64,000 nt of DNA. Source: Nemertoderma westbladi (Eukaryota > Animalia > Xenacoelomorpha). Shown here piece after piece: positions 14,281-27,149 of this stretch (position 1 is the stretch's first letter; each line of letters begins with the position of its first letter). Below the pieces are notes generated by a model. It was not told where the DNA came from. It worked only from the letters and a program-made list of their open reading frames with translations, and made no database searches. Location: NCBI GenBank assembly GCA_032718475.1, contig JAUCBJ010006608.1:12082-76081 (forward strand), read 5' to 3'. The position numbers were made by a program, and so were the translations under genes.

Positions 14281-14719
14281 TGTCTATTTTATATTAGAGC
14301 AGCAAAAATGCCAAAAATGATTATTAATTTGTCAAAGTATTATCCCAAATTTTGTAAAAATTTAGGTGTTCATTGACATGGTTCACCTAACAAGAAATAA
14401 TTAAATAATAGTTCATTAAAACTGCAATAAAATTTAACGCAGAAAGGTACTTTTTAATAATAAATATCTTGTATAAATTTTAAATCCAGGAGCATTTTAA
14501 TTGTTTTCCTGTAATTCTATTGATGTGTGCTGCTTTCTGAAGTAGCGGAATCTTGTTTAACCCTTTGCTGCATAGTGTAAGATTTCCTGTTCTTATTTCT
14601 CCTAAGTAGGAAAACAGCCAATGAGGATCACGCAGTGAGTAAGAGGGTATATTAAGCTTTCATTTGATTGGTCACTTGACATATTTAGTCCAGCTGGTAA
14701 CTCAGTGATGTAATTCAAA

Positions 14720-15180
14720 TATTGTGGGGCGAGCCACGAAGTGAGTGAGCCTTAGCGTAGTGGTACCATTAATCAACCTGTCGTTCTGTCGTTCTGTCGT
14801 TCTGTAGCGTCCAATTTTAAACGTTAATAACTCAGCCAATCTTTGATGAAATCTATCCAAACTTGGTACACATGTTGTTTGGCAAAAGTTTAGAAATTTT
14901 CCAAGTAGAATTTCCGTGTGGCCTTCGAGAAGCTAAGATAATAGCAGTTAATTAGTTAATTAAGTTGATTACGGTAAAAACACCATTTTCAACCTGCCTT
15001 TTAAAGGAAATTAATTGTTTTACAGTATAAGATTTAAATAATTATACTTAAAAATTATACAGATGTAATCCACATACGCCATTCTATTATAGTTTTTAAT
15101 TAGTTTAAGTGATTTGCTTTATTAATTGTGTCTTTAATTGATCTAAAGTAATTAAAACGTCATAAAAAATTGATTCTCAT
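14720..15180 (+). mobile_element. HINE/Helentron(DINE)-like non-autonomous element, 5' part
   Basis: GC-rich subterminal motif GTGGGGCGAGCCACGAAGTG, a (CTGTCGTT)n microsatellite, then ...AAACTTGGTACACATG, the usual HINE layout; the end is uncertain. Confidence 0.4.
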
Positions 15181-15951
15181 TAAATACTGCTCATTTATTG
15201 GCTAACATGCTGGTACGATGGAAGGATGTGTGTGTAAGGCAGCTATTTGCTGGGAATGATTATTGGTCAAGTCTCTGCTGGTGTGGAGCTAGCTGGCTTG
15301 GAGTTGTTGCTGTAGACTAACCAGAGAGGAATTGTACTGTAATAGGCAACCAGTATTGCTATTCCAGCCCAGACATCATTCTTGAAATCCAACATCCCAA
15401 CATCCTTCCTGTATTGACTCTACTATAAGTGTTGTATTGCTATCTCAGGTAAATGACAGATATAATAACATAAATACAATCCATGGCATGGCTGTTGTGT
15501 AGGCTTCTGAAATAGTTTATTCCACAATGTATATGTCTGGTTATTTTTTAATGGAATTTTTGCAAAGTAGTAAAATTAATGTTCTTAAAAATAATATTAT
15601 TATTTTATATGTAACCTAGGAAATTAGCTACATTTTTTCGCTGCAGCTTTAAGAGTGTACATTGATTTAATATTATTTCAATACCCATATTACTACATCG
15701 GCATAAGATGCGTTGGCGTTGTATCACACATCTCCACATATCACACATCTCCACATAGATGTATCAACAGTTACTCGCACAGTTTCGAAACTTCGCATAG
15801 TTATAACTGTATAAAGATCGTCAGTCTGCGTTTAGGAAAAATATTTTATGACAAAACAGGACAAGCGACGAGCGCAACGAGGCATATAATGAAGACGAGT
15901 ACTGCGTTGACTAAATTGTTATATAAACCACCTGGCTTCACATATTGATCG

Positions 15952-16350
15952 CATCCCTAGTTATTATTATTATAAAGATCGTCATAGCCTGCGTTTAAGA
16001 AATATTTAAATACAAAACAGGACGAACGCAAAGAGGCTTATAATGAAAACGAGTACTGCGTTTATTATATTCCTATAAACCACCTGGCTTTGCATATTTA
16101 ACGTGCGATTGGAAATAAGTTCGTGCTACCCTTCCGTGGGTGGTAGATGTCGCGGTTATGTATTGGTGGGTGGGGGGAGGGGGGGGGGGTGTGCAGATTA
16201 AAAGGGGTGAACACGTACTGTCCCCCTTTCTTTGATTAATTGGTGGTGTGGGTTAATATCTCATAACCTGATTTTGTGATACAGTAGCACAATTTTAATT
16301 TGTATCTCATAACTGGGCCTCGTGCTGCGCGAAGGCCCCACGAACGTGTA
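15952..16350. repeat. Interspersed repeat; the uninterrupted (empty-site) copy of the sequence the Polinton and a MITE inserted into
   Basis: Matches 24996-25017 + 25726-26010 + 42975-43067; single GTTAAT at 16252-16257; ends in the hairpin GGGCCTcgtgctgcgcgaAGGCCC. Confidence 0.85.
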
Positions 16351-17099
16351 TATCCTTAATTGTAAATTTCCTGAATTTCAACAAATTTATCTTCCTGTAG
16401 AAAGTTACATAGACAATCTGGGGGTCTGAAAAAATTCATAATAATAATAAAATATGTATTTTTTCATAAAATAACCTTAACTTTTCATATAATATCTGTT
16501 AGAGGCGTGCAGACCTGAAAAACTGACCGTTGCACAAATGCAACATCATGCAGGAAGGTACAAAATTTGTTCGGCAAATTGTTCAGAAATTTCGGTCGAT
16601 TTTATACATTTAGGTCAATTATAGAGCTAAATTTGGGTGTCTACTGTATGTCTATTACCTCGGAATTGATGGGGGGGGGGGGGGGGGGGGGGGGGGGGTA
16701 GCGTTAAATCAATAATTTTTTCCAAATTTTTTTTATTTCATCAAGAGCATAATTTTATTAAGATTCCAAATTTGAAAACCGTTTAGCAAGATCTTTCTTA
16801 CTTCTCGATATATGGCTGCCTCTCCGTTTTACTGTTGGTTTTGTCCGTCAGTATGTCTGTCCGTCAATAAAAAGCATACTATCTTTCTAAAAAATTATCT
16901 GTAAGGGTTTTCGTGGTCGGTGACTTCATTTCTGATGTCATGACAAATTTAATAAGAGGTGATTTTGTTCAATTCGTGCAGTTAAACCGGTCCGGTAGGC
17001 CTACTACCAATTTTTGGACGGAATACTGCCAATGTCGGAAGACTGCTAAAATCGGTAGGCCGGTACGCAGTCAGTAAGCCCGACTCAATGTGAGCAGTC

Positions 17100-18560
17100 A
17101 ATGAAGAGAACAAACATTTGGCTCATCAACGCGACATCACCAGGAAGAAACTCGAGATGGAACAACACAAGGAGGCATTAATTCTAGAACAACAAAGACA
17201 GTTGGCTGCGGCCAAATCGCAACAGGAGGCCTATGAATTGGAGGATCGACAGCAAATGGATTGCTCAAGAACTCGAGCAGGCTCAATCCCTGCTAAACAA
17301 TGAGACGGCGCTGAGTCACTAATCAGCAGCCTGAACCATCGATTGTGCGCTTCAAAGAGATACATGGAGCCAACCCCATAGAAGCACATCAACATTATGC
17401 GCAATAAATCTATAGACTGGTAGCCAAGGATTGGTTGGACCCAGTGGATGCTGGGACTCCTGGAAACCAGGTAAGTCACCCCGGAGGTTGCCATGAGCCC
17501 GAACCTAGAGACCAATTAGAACCAACCACATCTACGACCTCAAGTAGAGTCTCGGTAAAGATTTGTGACTAACGAAGGCGATCAAGCCGAGTGGGATGGA
17601 GCTCGAGACTGTGAGCGGTTTAATCCAAGTCCTACTCCAGGTAAGCCCAAGATCCATATGTATCAATTAAATTTAGCAATTAGGGAAGGTAATAAGGAGG
17701 TGTGGGATGAAGTCATCCATAGAAAAAGGTAAAGTCCAACATATTCAGTCACAAGTCCAACAGGTACAGGGACAAGTTCAAACTGTATGTAGTGTTGTGC
17801 AAGAAGTGTAGCAAAGAAATCAAAGAACGTCAAAGTGCAGGTGGATAAGGAGTTCGACCATGTTAGGTGTAATATCCCTGAGGTCAATGACCATGTAGAG
17901 CGAGCTCAACAGGAGAATGAAAAACTTAGAGTACAGGAACAACAGAAGAACAAAAGAATGTCCTGAAGACTATCCCAAGTTTAAAACACCACAATTGCAA
18001 TAATGCCCAGTTATAAATATTCAGACAGACTCAGAATTTGAGATTGACTATAGACCACCAGTCAGTGAGAAGGTAACCTATCACAGGACGAATTCGCGGA
18101 CTCGTCCACAGGTAAGTTATCCTACCCATCCGTTGGAACCGATTCCAACTGATGTCCATCAACGGGTAGGAAGGGAAGACAATACTATGGTCAACTCAAT
18201 CGCAGTGGAGTTTTTTAGGTTCAGTGCGAGACACAGTCTTCCTCCATTACATCCTCCGCACTTCACTGGTTTATCTAAACATTGGAGAACCTTCATCAAC
18301 TATATCAAGACCAATGTCGCACAACAGGATTTCTCACTGACTGACAAATTCAACTACTTATACCAACAGTTGAGAGGTCAACTGAAGGAATTGGTGGTAC
18401 GTTTATAGGTGATGACAATGCCTCTGAGGCGGCTTATGACAGGTTAGTTACTGTGTATGGCGGCAATGTAAAGATGGCCAGGTCAGTAATAGTTGAACTA
18501 ACTCAGGGGGGACCAGCACATTCCCATATAGAATTAGTTAAGTTTTCAAACTCAATGTAA
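17100..18560 (+). pseudogene. Degenerate BEL/Pao gag (coiled coil plus DUF1759-like domain)
   Basis: LPPLHPPHFTGLSKHWRTFINYIKTNV...DKFNYLYQQLRG, continuing after a frameshift as AAYDRLVTVYG; Q/E-rich helix at 17118. Confidence 0.7.
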
Positions 18561-18564
18561 CACC

Positions 18565-18890
18565 TCTGATCTTGTCAATTTCAGAATGCAAAAAACGTTA
18601 TTGGAAAGCCCATGATATATGCATTACATAACATGAGTTTCAGATCATTGCAATTTTATCGGTAAATTAAAACTGCTATATTTTGTTAAATTTCTCAGAT
18701 TTTTTTTAAAAATTCAATTTTTCAAATTCAATGTGGCACATCTGATCTTGTCAATTTCACAATGCAAAAAACGTTATTGGAAAGCCCATGATATATGCAT
18801 TACATAACATGAGTTTCAGATCATTGCAATCATCTATCGCTAGATTTATCAGTAAATTAAAACTGCTATATTTTGTTAAATCTCTCAGTT
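18565..18890. repeat. Two direct copies of a ~150-bp block (period ~177 bp)
   Basis: TCTGATCTTGTCAATTTCA...CAGATCATTGCAAT...AAATTAAAACTGCTATATTTTGTTAAAT occurs twice. Confidence 0.8.
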
Positions 18891-19344
18891 TTTGTGACTC
18901 GTGTGACACCTTTTCCACTAAATATTTTTCAAAACGGTTTTTTGCATTGTACTTCTATATTAAAATGGCAAAACATGTCAAAGTTTCCAAGCAATTGGGG
19001 CAAAAAAGTTATTTTTGTAACATTCTAAATTGTCTGGCCTCCAACTTGTCCGAGAGTAGCCTGATCCAGGATGCCACATACGATGCGAGAATGGAGTCAG
19101 CCATCAAATCCATCAGTCCATCCCCACTGAAAAGTATTGTATCTAACAATATGATCATGGTGGTACAGCCCAATCTTACTTTTCTTAATTTTTTTTTCAA
19201 TTACAATCTTAATTTTCTTTACATCAGTTGGGTTCTGTAAACTCTTCTTGAAAGATTCATATCAACTCAGCTTTGCTATTATCCTCTTATTTCCTCTTTG
19301 CTACTGTAGTTTACTGAAACCAATATCCATTATTATTAGGCAAC

Positions 19345-19887
19345 GGCTGGTATCCAATGAACCTTTTTAGTAGGAGAGTTTGTGTTGGTCTATCAGTCCG
19401 TTACTTATAATAAGAAAATAGACCAATTATTTATTCATATAAACTGATCCCTTCGTTAACTTTGAGCTACTTGGCTTCCACTAAGCTTACAGCAGACAGT
19501 ATCTAATGTGTACTGTATGTGTGTATTAGTATTACTTGTGTAGAAATATAGGGTATGTTTCTGTCATTATTAAAGTCATTCACAGAAGATTGTATTTTCG
19601 TTTGTGTAAAAAAATTATTTATCACAACTCTACAATGTCAATAAAGGAAACTCTCCTACTCTCAGCTCTGGCAGCTCTTTTAGCTGTGGAGTGCAATGGA
19701 GACAACAACGAGGACTCCAACAAATTAGTTGAAAGAGACAATGTAAGTTTGTTCTCAAAGCAGATTTGTCATATGTTTAGCTTTACAACAATGTTTGTAA
19801 AACCACTCCCCTGGCCTCCCTCTATTTACCCCCTATTTGTCTCAGCCTACAACCCAGCCCTCTCTATATAAAGAAGAATGTATGAAG
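19345..19887 (+). repeat. Paralogous copy of positions 1-526 (promoter, signal-peptide exon 19635-19742 and half a satellite monomer)
   Basis: Near-identical to the window start; exon reads MSIKETLLLSALAALLAVECNGDNNEDSNKLVERDN|gtaagt; cut off by the LTR-like segment at 19888. Confidence 0.9.
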
Positions 19888-21510
19888 AATTAGTTTTGTA
19901 AACTGTAAATATACTATAAAAGTTCTGAACATGCACTTTTCTGAATGTCCAACTTTGGGACAGCCAAGCATCAGGAAGATGGCCGCCTAGACCGTTAGGC
20001 CATCAGCAACGCAGGGAAAAGATGTCCACAACACGCTAGCGCCCACATTAGATTAGACCGCGCACCCCCTTCGCCCTTTGAAATACTCCACTTACCATGC
20101 AGCGCCCGCTTTATGAGGAAGGTAAGACTTTGTTTGACGCCCTTGCCCGACGTAAGACCTATAGATCAGGGTAAGCGTGACGCCGTCCTGGGACGCCGCA
20201 AATTTTAGGATCAAATAACTATGTTCTAGGCAGAACCCCCTTGTCAGTATTACGAATCCCTAGGTTACCTGTATACCTCATAGGTGCGAGCTATTGCCGT
20301 CCGTCGGTACACGAGTACATATTAGGTACAGACAGCATACATTCCATAATTTAGTGATTTGCAGTACTGACTGTTTGGTACCGGTTTGCTTTGTAGAACA
20401 TACATTAGTACCCCCCCCCCCCCCCCCCCCCTGCCTGAAGTTAGTTATTTGATCAGGCAAGGAGCATTTCTGCTACCGGCACACCGCTTGGCCTAGGGAG
20501 GTTTTATTAATATCCTACCGCGCCTTGCCACGTACTGATAGGTATTTGCTGTTAACTACCGCAGCAACAAAGTTCTAGAATCAAATTTGTATACCAGATC
20601 AGCTAACGTACGGTAGCAATTAATCCCTATTTCTTATCTTACAACCAGAATCTGGTATTTGTGCCGATCACGGGTGTAGTTACTAACACCGTGGTTGCCC
20701 AGTTGAGTTGTGGATAGGAAGGAGAGAGCTTTGACGTCATTTGTAAGTATAAAGTTCTACAAAGCGCGACTAGCATATTTTAGTAGCTAGCGCACGGTAT
20801 TGTTTTGGTCAGAGAATTACTAAAACCTAGTAAATGATATACACCAAAATTGTTTTATTGTAACACACCCACACACACACGCCCTAAAACATATTTACCC
20901 TTAGAGTTCTACTAGATAGCGCACTTTAGATCACTTTAGGCAGAGTATATCTATAACTTACCATTCGTATTTGTAAAATTAGGATCAGATATTTAGTTAC
21001 GGCAAGGGAGTGTTTCATTTTCGTTATTAACTGTTGTTTGCCTAGAGCAGCAGTATTGTTACATTGGGCACGACCCTTTTTAGACTGATTCAGACAGGGA
21101 GATCAGTATTGTTACGCTAGGTCTGTAACCCACCTAGCTCGTATATAAACCATATAAATCACACCGCGGCAAGTTACGGTATTTCGGACTGTCAGCGATA
21201 GTTAGGATTCGCTGCGCGGGGATTGTTTTCCCGTGAGTTTGGTCTGTTACTGTAACTGTACATCTGCCATACCGGTTAGAGGACAGGTATCCTTTTGTCT
21301 AGTTCGTAGGCATTAGACCCGCTCACGTACATAGAATAGACACCAGGCTCTGCTCCTCGCCAGTAGTAGTTTGTGTATTGTATCTGTTTGTTTAGATATC
21401 CTGGACTGGGATTTGTTGTCAGATACTGTACTAGCGCGTTTCATTACTAGAGTCTTACAGTAAGATACATCGTTACTAGGATCTGGTAAGCGGTATACTA
21501 CTGGACTTTA
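19888..21510 (+). mobile_element. 5'-truncated LTR/leader fragment of the retrotransposon family at 58729-64000
   Basis: Colinear high similarity to ~59280-60925, including the internal poly-C tract. Confidence 0.8.
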
Positions 21511-21951
21511 CGGTTAGAGATATTCTACAGTATAGCTTCGTATTAGTCGATTTGTAGGCTGTAGGGTAGTCCCTACCGTAGAGGACACAACATTCTTAAT
21601 TCACCATCACTCACTCTACAACATTTAATTTATTATTATGTAAAGTTATTTTTACACAAGCGCGAAATCGCTCAAAAGTCCGCGCTAACTAACGCATGAA
21701 GTGTCTCCTTGAATGAATGGCTTACTAACAATCTTACTACCAAAAACATTCACCACACGATAGATGAATTGAACTCGGTACTTAGAGATTCCAAGTCCAA
21801 CGCACGACCAACTTCGCCACTGTGCTGTATGATACCTTATTACTAAAACCTAACTGGTACTTAACAAAAACAACGGAATGAATTCTAGAGGTGTAACTAC
21901 GCCGACCTAATAATAAGACTATAACATGGCCAAAACAACGACAAACAAATG

Positions 21952-22094
21952 ACAGCATGTCCTGGAATATAGTGTCGTTATTCAAGTACATGAACCCCCC
22001 CCCCCCCCCCCCAAATTTTTCTACATATCGTAATGAGATTGCATGAAATTGACCATGTACTCGAATAACGACACTATATTCCAGGACATGCTGT
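21952..22094. mobile_element. Small MITE-like inverted repeat (41-bp arms around a poly-C tract)
   Basis: ACAGCATGTCCTGGAATATAGTGTCGTTATTCAAGTACATG ... CATGTACTCGAATAACGACACTATATTCCAGGACATGCTGT, one mismatch. Confidence 0.7.
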
Positions 22095-22509
22095 ACTGGT
22101 ACTGGTGTGAAAAAAGTGCAAAGCTCTCCTGAAAACGTATCCCCCACATATAGAAAAAGTGAAATTAAAATTGCAACTTTCACATTTTTTGAAAATTGTT
22201 CAGCACTTGAAATTTTATAGTTCTGCAAAAAATTCAATATATGGTATATGGCAAATTATGGTAGCTATGGTGTTTTTATGGAGATTGTAAATTATATACT
22301 AGCTAGTAATAGAAAAAGTTTAAAACTGTTTTTTTTTATATATTGCGTTTGTATACTGTATGTGTTGTTGATTGGTTAACAAGCCTAAATAATTATCCTA
22401 GATAACAGCTGGATCTCATTCAGGGACACTTTGCTGAATTTAGATTAAAAACTGTTCTAGAACATTAACCAAAATCAAAAAAGCACTAAAAAGTTGCTAT
22501 CATTAACCG

Positions 22510-22703
22510 GCCAATTCGGTGATTCGGTCCCGTACAATTCGGTCCTAGGACAATTCGGTCCTTGGACAATTCGGTCCTAGGACAATTCGGTTCAGGACAA
22601 TTCGGTCCCATTTATTTAGTGTTTTTGACCGAATTGTCCGGACCGAATTGTCCGGACCGAATTGTCCGGGACGTAATTGTGCGGGACCGAATTGTCCTAC
22701 ATC
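22510..22703. mobile_element. Foldback-like MITE made of GGACAATTCGGTCC units in head-to-head arrays
   Basis: About 6 direct units on the left and 5 inverted GGACCGAATTGTCC units on the right. Confidence 0.7.
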
Positions 22704-24664
22704 CAAAATATGCTTGTCTCTGAAGTCCTTTGTGGGCATTTTAGAGCGGTAGTTTTAGAGAATTTTAAATTTAGAGCTAAAAACGATACTTTTTGGGCAC
22801 GTTTGTATATAAAATAGGCCTTTATTTTTTATTTCTCGCAAAATTTAAGTCAAAATTCCTCAATAACATTGGATGTAAACATAAAATGAACCGGTTTACA
22901 AATTTGAACTCAATAAATTCAAAACTGTTCAAGAAATAGTCGTTTAGACAAAAGGAGGCCATATGCAGCCATTTTGGGACTTTAAAAAAAAACTGGATTA
23001 ACCATTCTTAAAATAACAACCAGACGATGCTTGGAAGCACTACGCTCAATTTACTCAACTTTAAGCCGTGGAAATATCACATTTTTATATTGTAAATAAT
23101 GGTTAGTTAACAATCAAAGGAAGGCCTTATGAAGGCTTAGTTAGTTGTTAGCTAATTAGCAGACATGTTATAGTCATGTTAAATCTGTAGTTTCGCAATG
23201 TTAACTATAGGGGGGCCTACTTAATTAAAATAATATAAAGAATCGTAAAATCGTCCAAATTACATTTCGCATCTGATCAATGAGAGGAAATGTATGATAT
23301 GGAACAACGACTTACGACTATCAGTATAATACAGTATGTATTATAATTGAGGTGCATCGGTGACGCATGAGTTCACAATCCGCGAGCTGGGAAACCATAA
23401 GCCATCGGCCGAGCTACGACAAATTCAACATTTGTCGCCGGGAAGCAACAACAACCAGCTCATATGAATTCGGTTTCTTGAAATTCATCCCGAAACAGTC
23501 TCTCTCGTTCTCTCAACTTTAGGAAACCAATGTTCATCCACTGTAGTTTCTCCAGTCACTCAAGCTTCACATAAAAACGAACTAAATCAACTTAATCAAA
23601 TTAATATTGATTGTGCTAATTGTACAGTAAAGTTTGAGCAACCCAAATTCCATATTAATAGATAGTCGGGCAGAATCACGGAAATCGAGCAACCGTAATA
23701 CATACAGTAATTGTTATCATACTACAACAACAACTAATATGTGACGGGATCAGAGATCCCGACCGGGTTAGAAACGTATGCGTCACCGTTCTGCTGGGGA
23801 TCGTGCTACTAGCTTTGGCCGAGGCCGTTTGGGAAAAACAGTGAAAGTTTCTATTGTCTCTCGATATTAATTAATATGGATGATAATAGCACGCCAGTAG
23901 ATAATAAGCAGAAAATAAAGATTAATTGTTACCGGTATGGCGGTGGCGGTCATTAACTATGACCAGTCTGCACTGACTGAACTGAATAACACAACTGACT
24001 GGTAAACCAGTAATGTAAGATAATATATGATTAACACATTGAATATTGGTTTACCTCCTACTCTACTTTGGCCCTCTACCCAATGGATGCTTTCCTGTTC
24101 CCTATCACGTGCCCCCCCCCCCCCCCCCCCCCCCCACTATGGGCTAACATACTACTTGTCACTTTGGCACTCCCTGGGAGTGTTTCCCCTCCGTTGCTAG
24201 CCTCTATTAGCTGCCTTCCCTCCGAGGTGGTTTGACCTCTCACCTTTCTCTGTGGCTTTGGGGCTTGTGTCGCCCCCCCCCCCCCCCCGATGTTGGTTAT
24301 GATACGAGATTAATATTGGTAATCTCGTATCCCCAACATAGTTTAGATAGCTACCGCTAATCATTCAGTCATTGGCACGGTACACCGTATTGCTGTACTG
24401 CCGTTGTAGTGCGCACCGTAGGTACCACCCTACTACCGGTACCGGCTGACCGGTGGCAACTAGCACTTCAGCACACTTGCACAGCACTGCAGCAACAGCA
24501 CTACCGGCGATACACAGGTTGGAATTTATGTAGAGTTTGCTCAACAGTACAGATATAAAATAGTTATCTAAATTATATATATTACTATTGACAAGTATTG
24601 AAATATATACCGTTATTCGTGTTATCAGTATTTGCAACATCTGACATTGAAGAGGTGAGAGAAG

Positions 24665-24995
24665 ATGAATACCGGCACTCAACAAAACCAACGCTTATCA
24701 CAGGTCGGTATGGTTACCTCGAAACCGGCGCGACTGTCCACTCGAATACAACTTCAAAACACAAACGCCAACAATAAACTGAAAGCGAATCGAACGTCTT
24801 CAGAAGAATCTGTCATTGGGACGAAGAAAAGGAAGCCGAAACCACGGGAATGGACCACAGCTAAGATTGAATGCTCCCATTGTCAGAGTTCCTGGACCGA
24901 AATTGAAACACCAATTGCCGATGGGCTTGATCTCTCAAACCAAAACTTCCTCTGCGGTGTTTGCGTGGCAGTAAAGATTGAAAGTCTGGAAGCTG
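24665..24995 (+). pseudogene. LINE ORF1-like fragment with a partial PHD-type zinc finger, truncated by an inserted repeat
   Basis: IECSHCQSSW...FLCGVCVAVKIESLE after a basic low-complexity N-terminus. Confidence 0.4.
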
Positions 24996-25017
24996 GCATC
25001 CCTAGGTATTATTATTA

Positions 25018-25723
25018 CAGTACAGGCCACCAGAAAACGCAGATTTGTACAATTGTGAACACATTTTATCAAATGTGTACCAGTGTAATGTAATGTTCTT
25101 GAACGGGACAATTGAACATAATTGAACATAATTGAATTGGCAACAACCAAAATTTTTTCGCCAAAGGATACAATTGAATACTTTTGAAACGCTTAGTAAT
25201 CTGGAAACTCTCTGTAGTTTGCCGCGATCTGTCACTCACTGCAGCTGGAAATGCGATAAGGATTTTGTTTACCTTTATAGTGTGCGGTTAATAGTGTCTA
25301 GTAGGCAGGCCTATAGTTAGTGAGGTTAAGGCATCTTCTGGTGTTTCTCTGTGCCCTCTCGGTGTCAGACTAATGGCGCGACATCTCCCTGCACTAAATT
25401 AATTATTCCATGGTCTAGGCTAGGCTCCTCCATCCATAAACCCATCCACTCCCATACACTCCATTAACCTCCATGTGGTCTTGTATGTCTCTCTACAAAT
25501 ACAGCCCATGTCCGCAATGTTATGCCCTGGGGGCTCTCTCATCTACTTGATATCAGACATACAGGCGCACCGCACACAAAGCCATTGTCGGTCCCAGCAA
25601 GTTAGCATCTGCTGTGTGATCTATAAGATAACTCGCCATAACCTGCCAATCAGATGACTTGAACAAATGTGTTCACATGTGATCACATTGGATGAAATCT
25701 GCTTTTTCTGGTGGCCTGTACTG
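25018..25723. mobile_element. Tc1/mariner-type MITE, 706 bp
   Basis: TIRs CAGTACAGGCCACCAGAAAA.GCAGATTT / AAATCTGC.TTTTCTGGTGGCCTGTACTG flanked by TA on both sides; the flanks rejoin to match the empty copy near 15960-15990. Confidence 0.85.
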
Positions 25724-26010
25724 TATAAAGAGCGTCAGCCTGCATTTAATAAATATATTTTAATACAAAACAGGTCGAACGCAAAGAGGCTTATAATGAA
25801 GACGAGTACTGCATTGATTATATTCCTATAAACCACCTGGCTTTGCATATTGAACGTGCGTTTGGAAATAAGTTCGTGCTACCCTTCCGTGGGTGGTAGA
25901 TGTCGCGGTTATGTATTGGTGGGTGGGGGGAGGGGGGGGGGGGGTGCAGATTAAAAGGGGTGAACACGTACTGTCCCCCTTTCTTTGATTAATTGGTGGT
26001 GTGGGTTAAT

Positions 26011-26208
26011 AGTAGTAGGAGAAACATAGACCTGGGAGTACTCCTCCCTAGCTTGGGCTACGGGCTAGATCTCGGAGGGCTATTAAAAATGCCAAATTCC
26101 GGTGCTAAATCGTGGTGTTTAATGACCATCTGTCACCAACAGTATTGATTCGCGTCGTTGCCTTGCCTTCAACCAATCGTTGCTTATTCACCTACGCGTA
26201 GCCTAACC
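26011..26208 (+). repeat. Left TIR of the Polinton
   Basis: Reverse complement of 42771-42968 with 3 mismatches counted by eye. Confidence 0.95.
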
Positions 26209-26974
26209 TCGACCGATCGACCGACCGACTGAATGCTGTTAACACTACTAACGACGACGTGGCCATCTACACGCATCACCACACATATACCCTACCCAAT
26301 ATTATATCGATTGCCAACTCAACGATTTACTCACCGCTAGCTAGTGCTACTCTTCGACAGCCATCGCCAATCCAACCAACCAAGCAGCCTACCAGTCCAG
26401 CACTATGATACGTGAAATTCCGCCACGTTCCAACTACACGTATACGAACATTTCCATAGTTACTCAACCTAACCAATCCCACAGCATCTGTGCGATATTG
26501 AAAGGCTACCACTAACATTATACTGTGCGTTTTTATTATAATAATTATTGATTATTACACACAATCCTATGATTCATATTCTTTCACGTATTTCCTAACC
26601 ACGCAACCAACCAGCCATTCATCCACGTTGCACCCCATCTCTTTTCTTATTCGTCGATGATTATGACAGGTCCCATCTCTTCTTCGTTGACTATGCCACA
26701 TCGCAAATTTATATATAACTGAATGTTTTTAATAAAATTCATCACTTGTAATCTTCATGGTAATATATTGATACCATATCTAATTTTTTGTTCTCACTCT
26801 GAAATTGTGTTATTTCCTTAATAATTTCTACATTATCTTACTCGTTGTATATTCGTTGGTTGGAAACACTCGAATAAATGATACTGATTCCCACATTGGG
26901 TTTCTAAACGTAATTATGTAACTCAAAGGAAATCTCGTTTGGATGTGCGGGATAATTTTTAGTATCGATGAATA

Positions 26975-27052
26975 TATTAATCAAAGACGACTAGCAAAAC
27001 TTATATTGAAACTGTTTCAATATAAGTTTTTGCTATTCGTCTTTGATTAATA
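26975..27052. repeat. Near-perfect hairpin (38/39-bp arms, 1-nt loop) homologous to the element's own polB 31555-31593
   Basis: TATTAATCAAAGACGACTAGCAAAACTTATATTGAAAC-T-GTTTCAATATAAGTTTTTGCTATTCGTCTTTGATTAATA. Confidence 0.9.
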
Positions 27053-27149
27053 CAATTTTAGAGTGAGAACTATGGCGTCAATTTATTACAGCAATACGGT
27101 TTAAAATTTATCACTTGTAATATTTTTCGTATTTATTATTATTATTATT

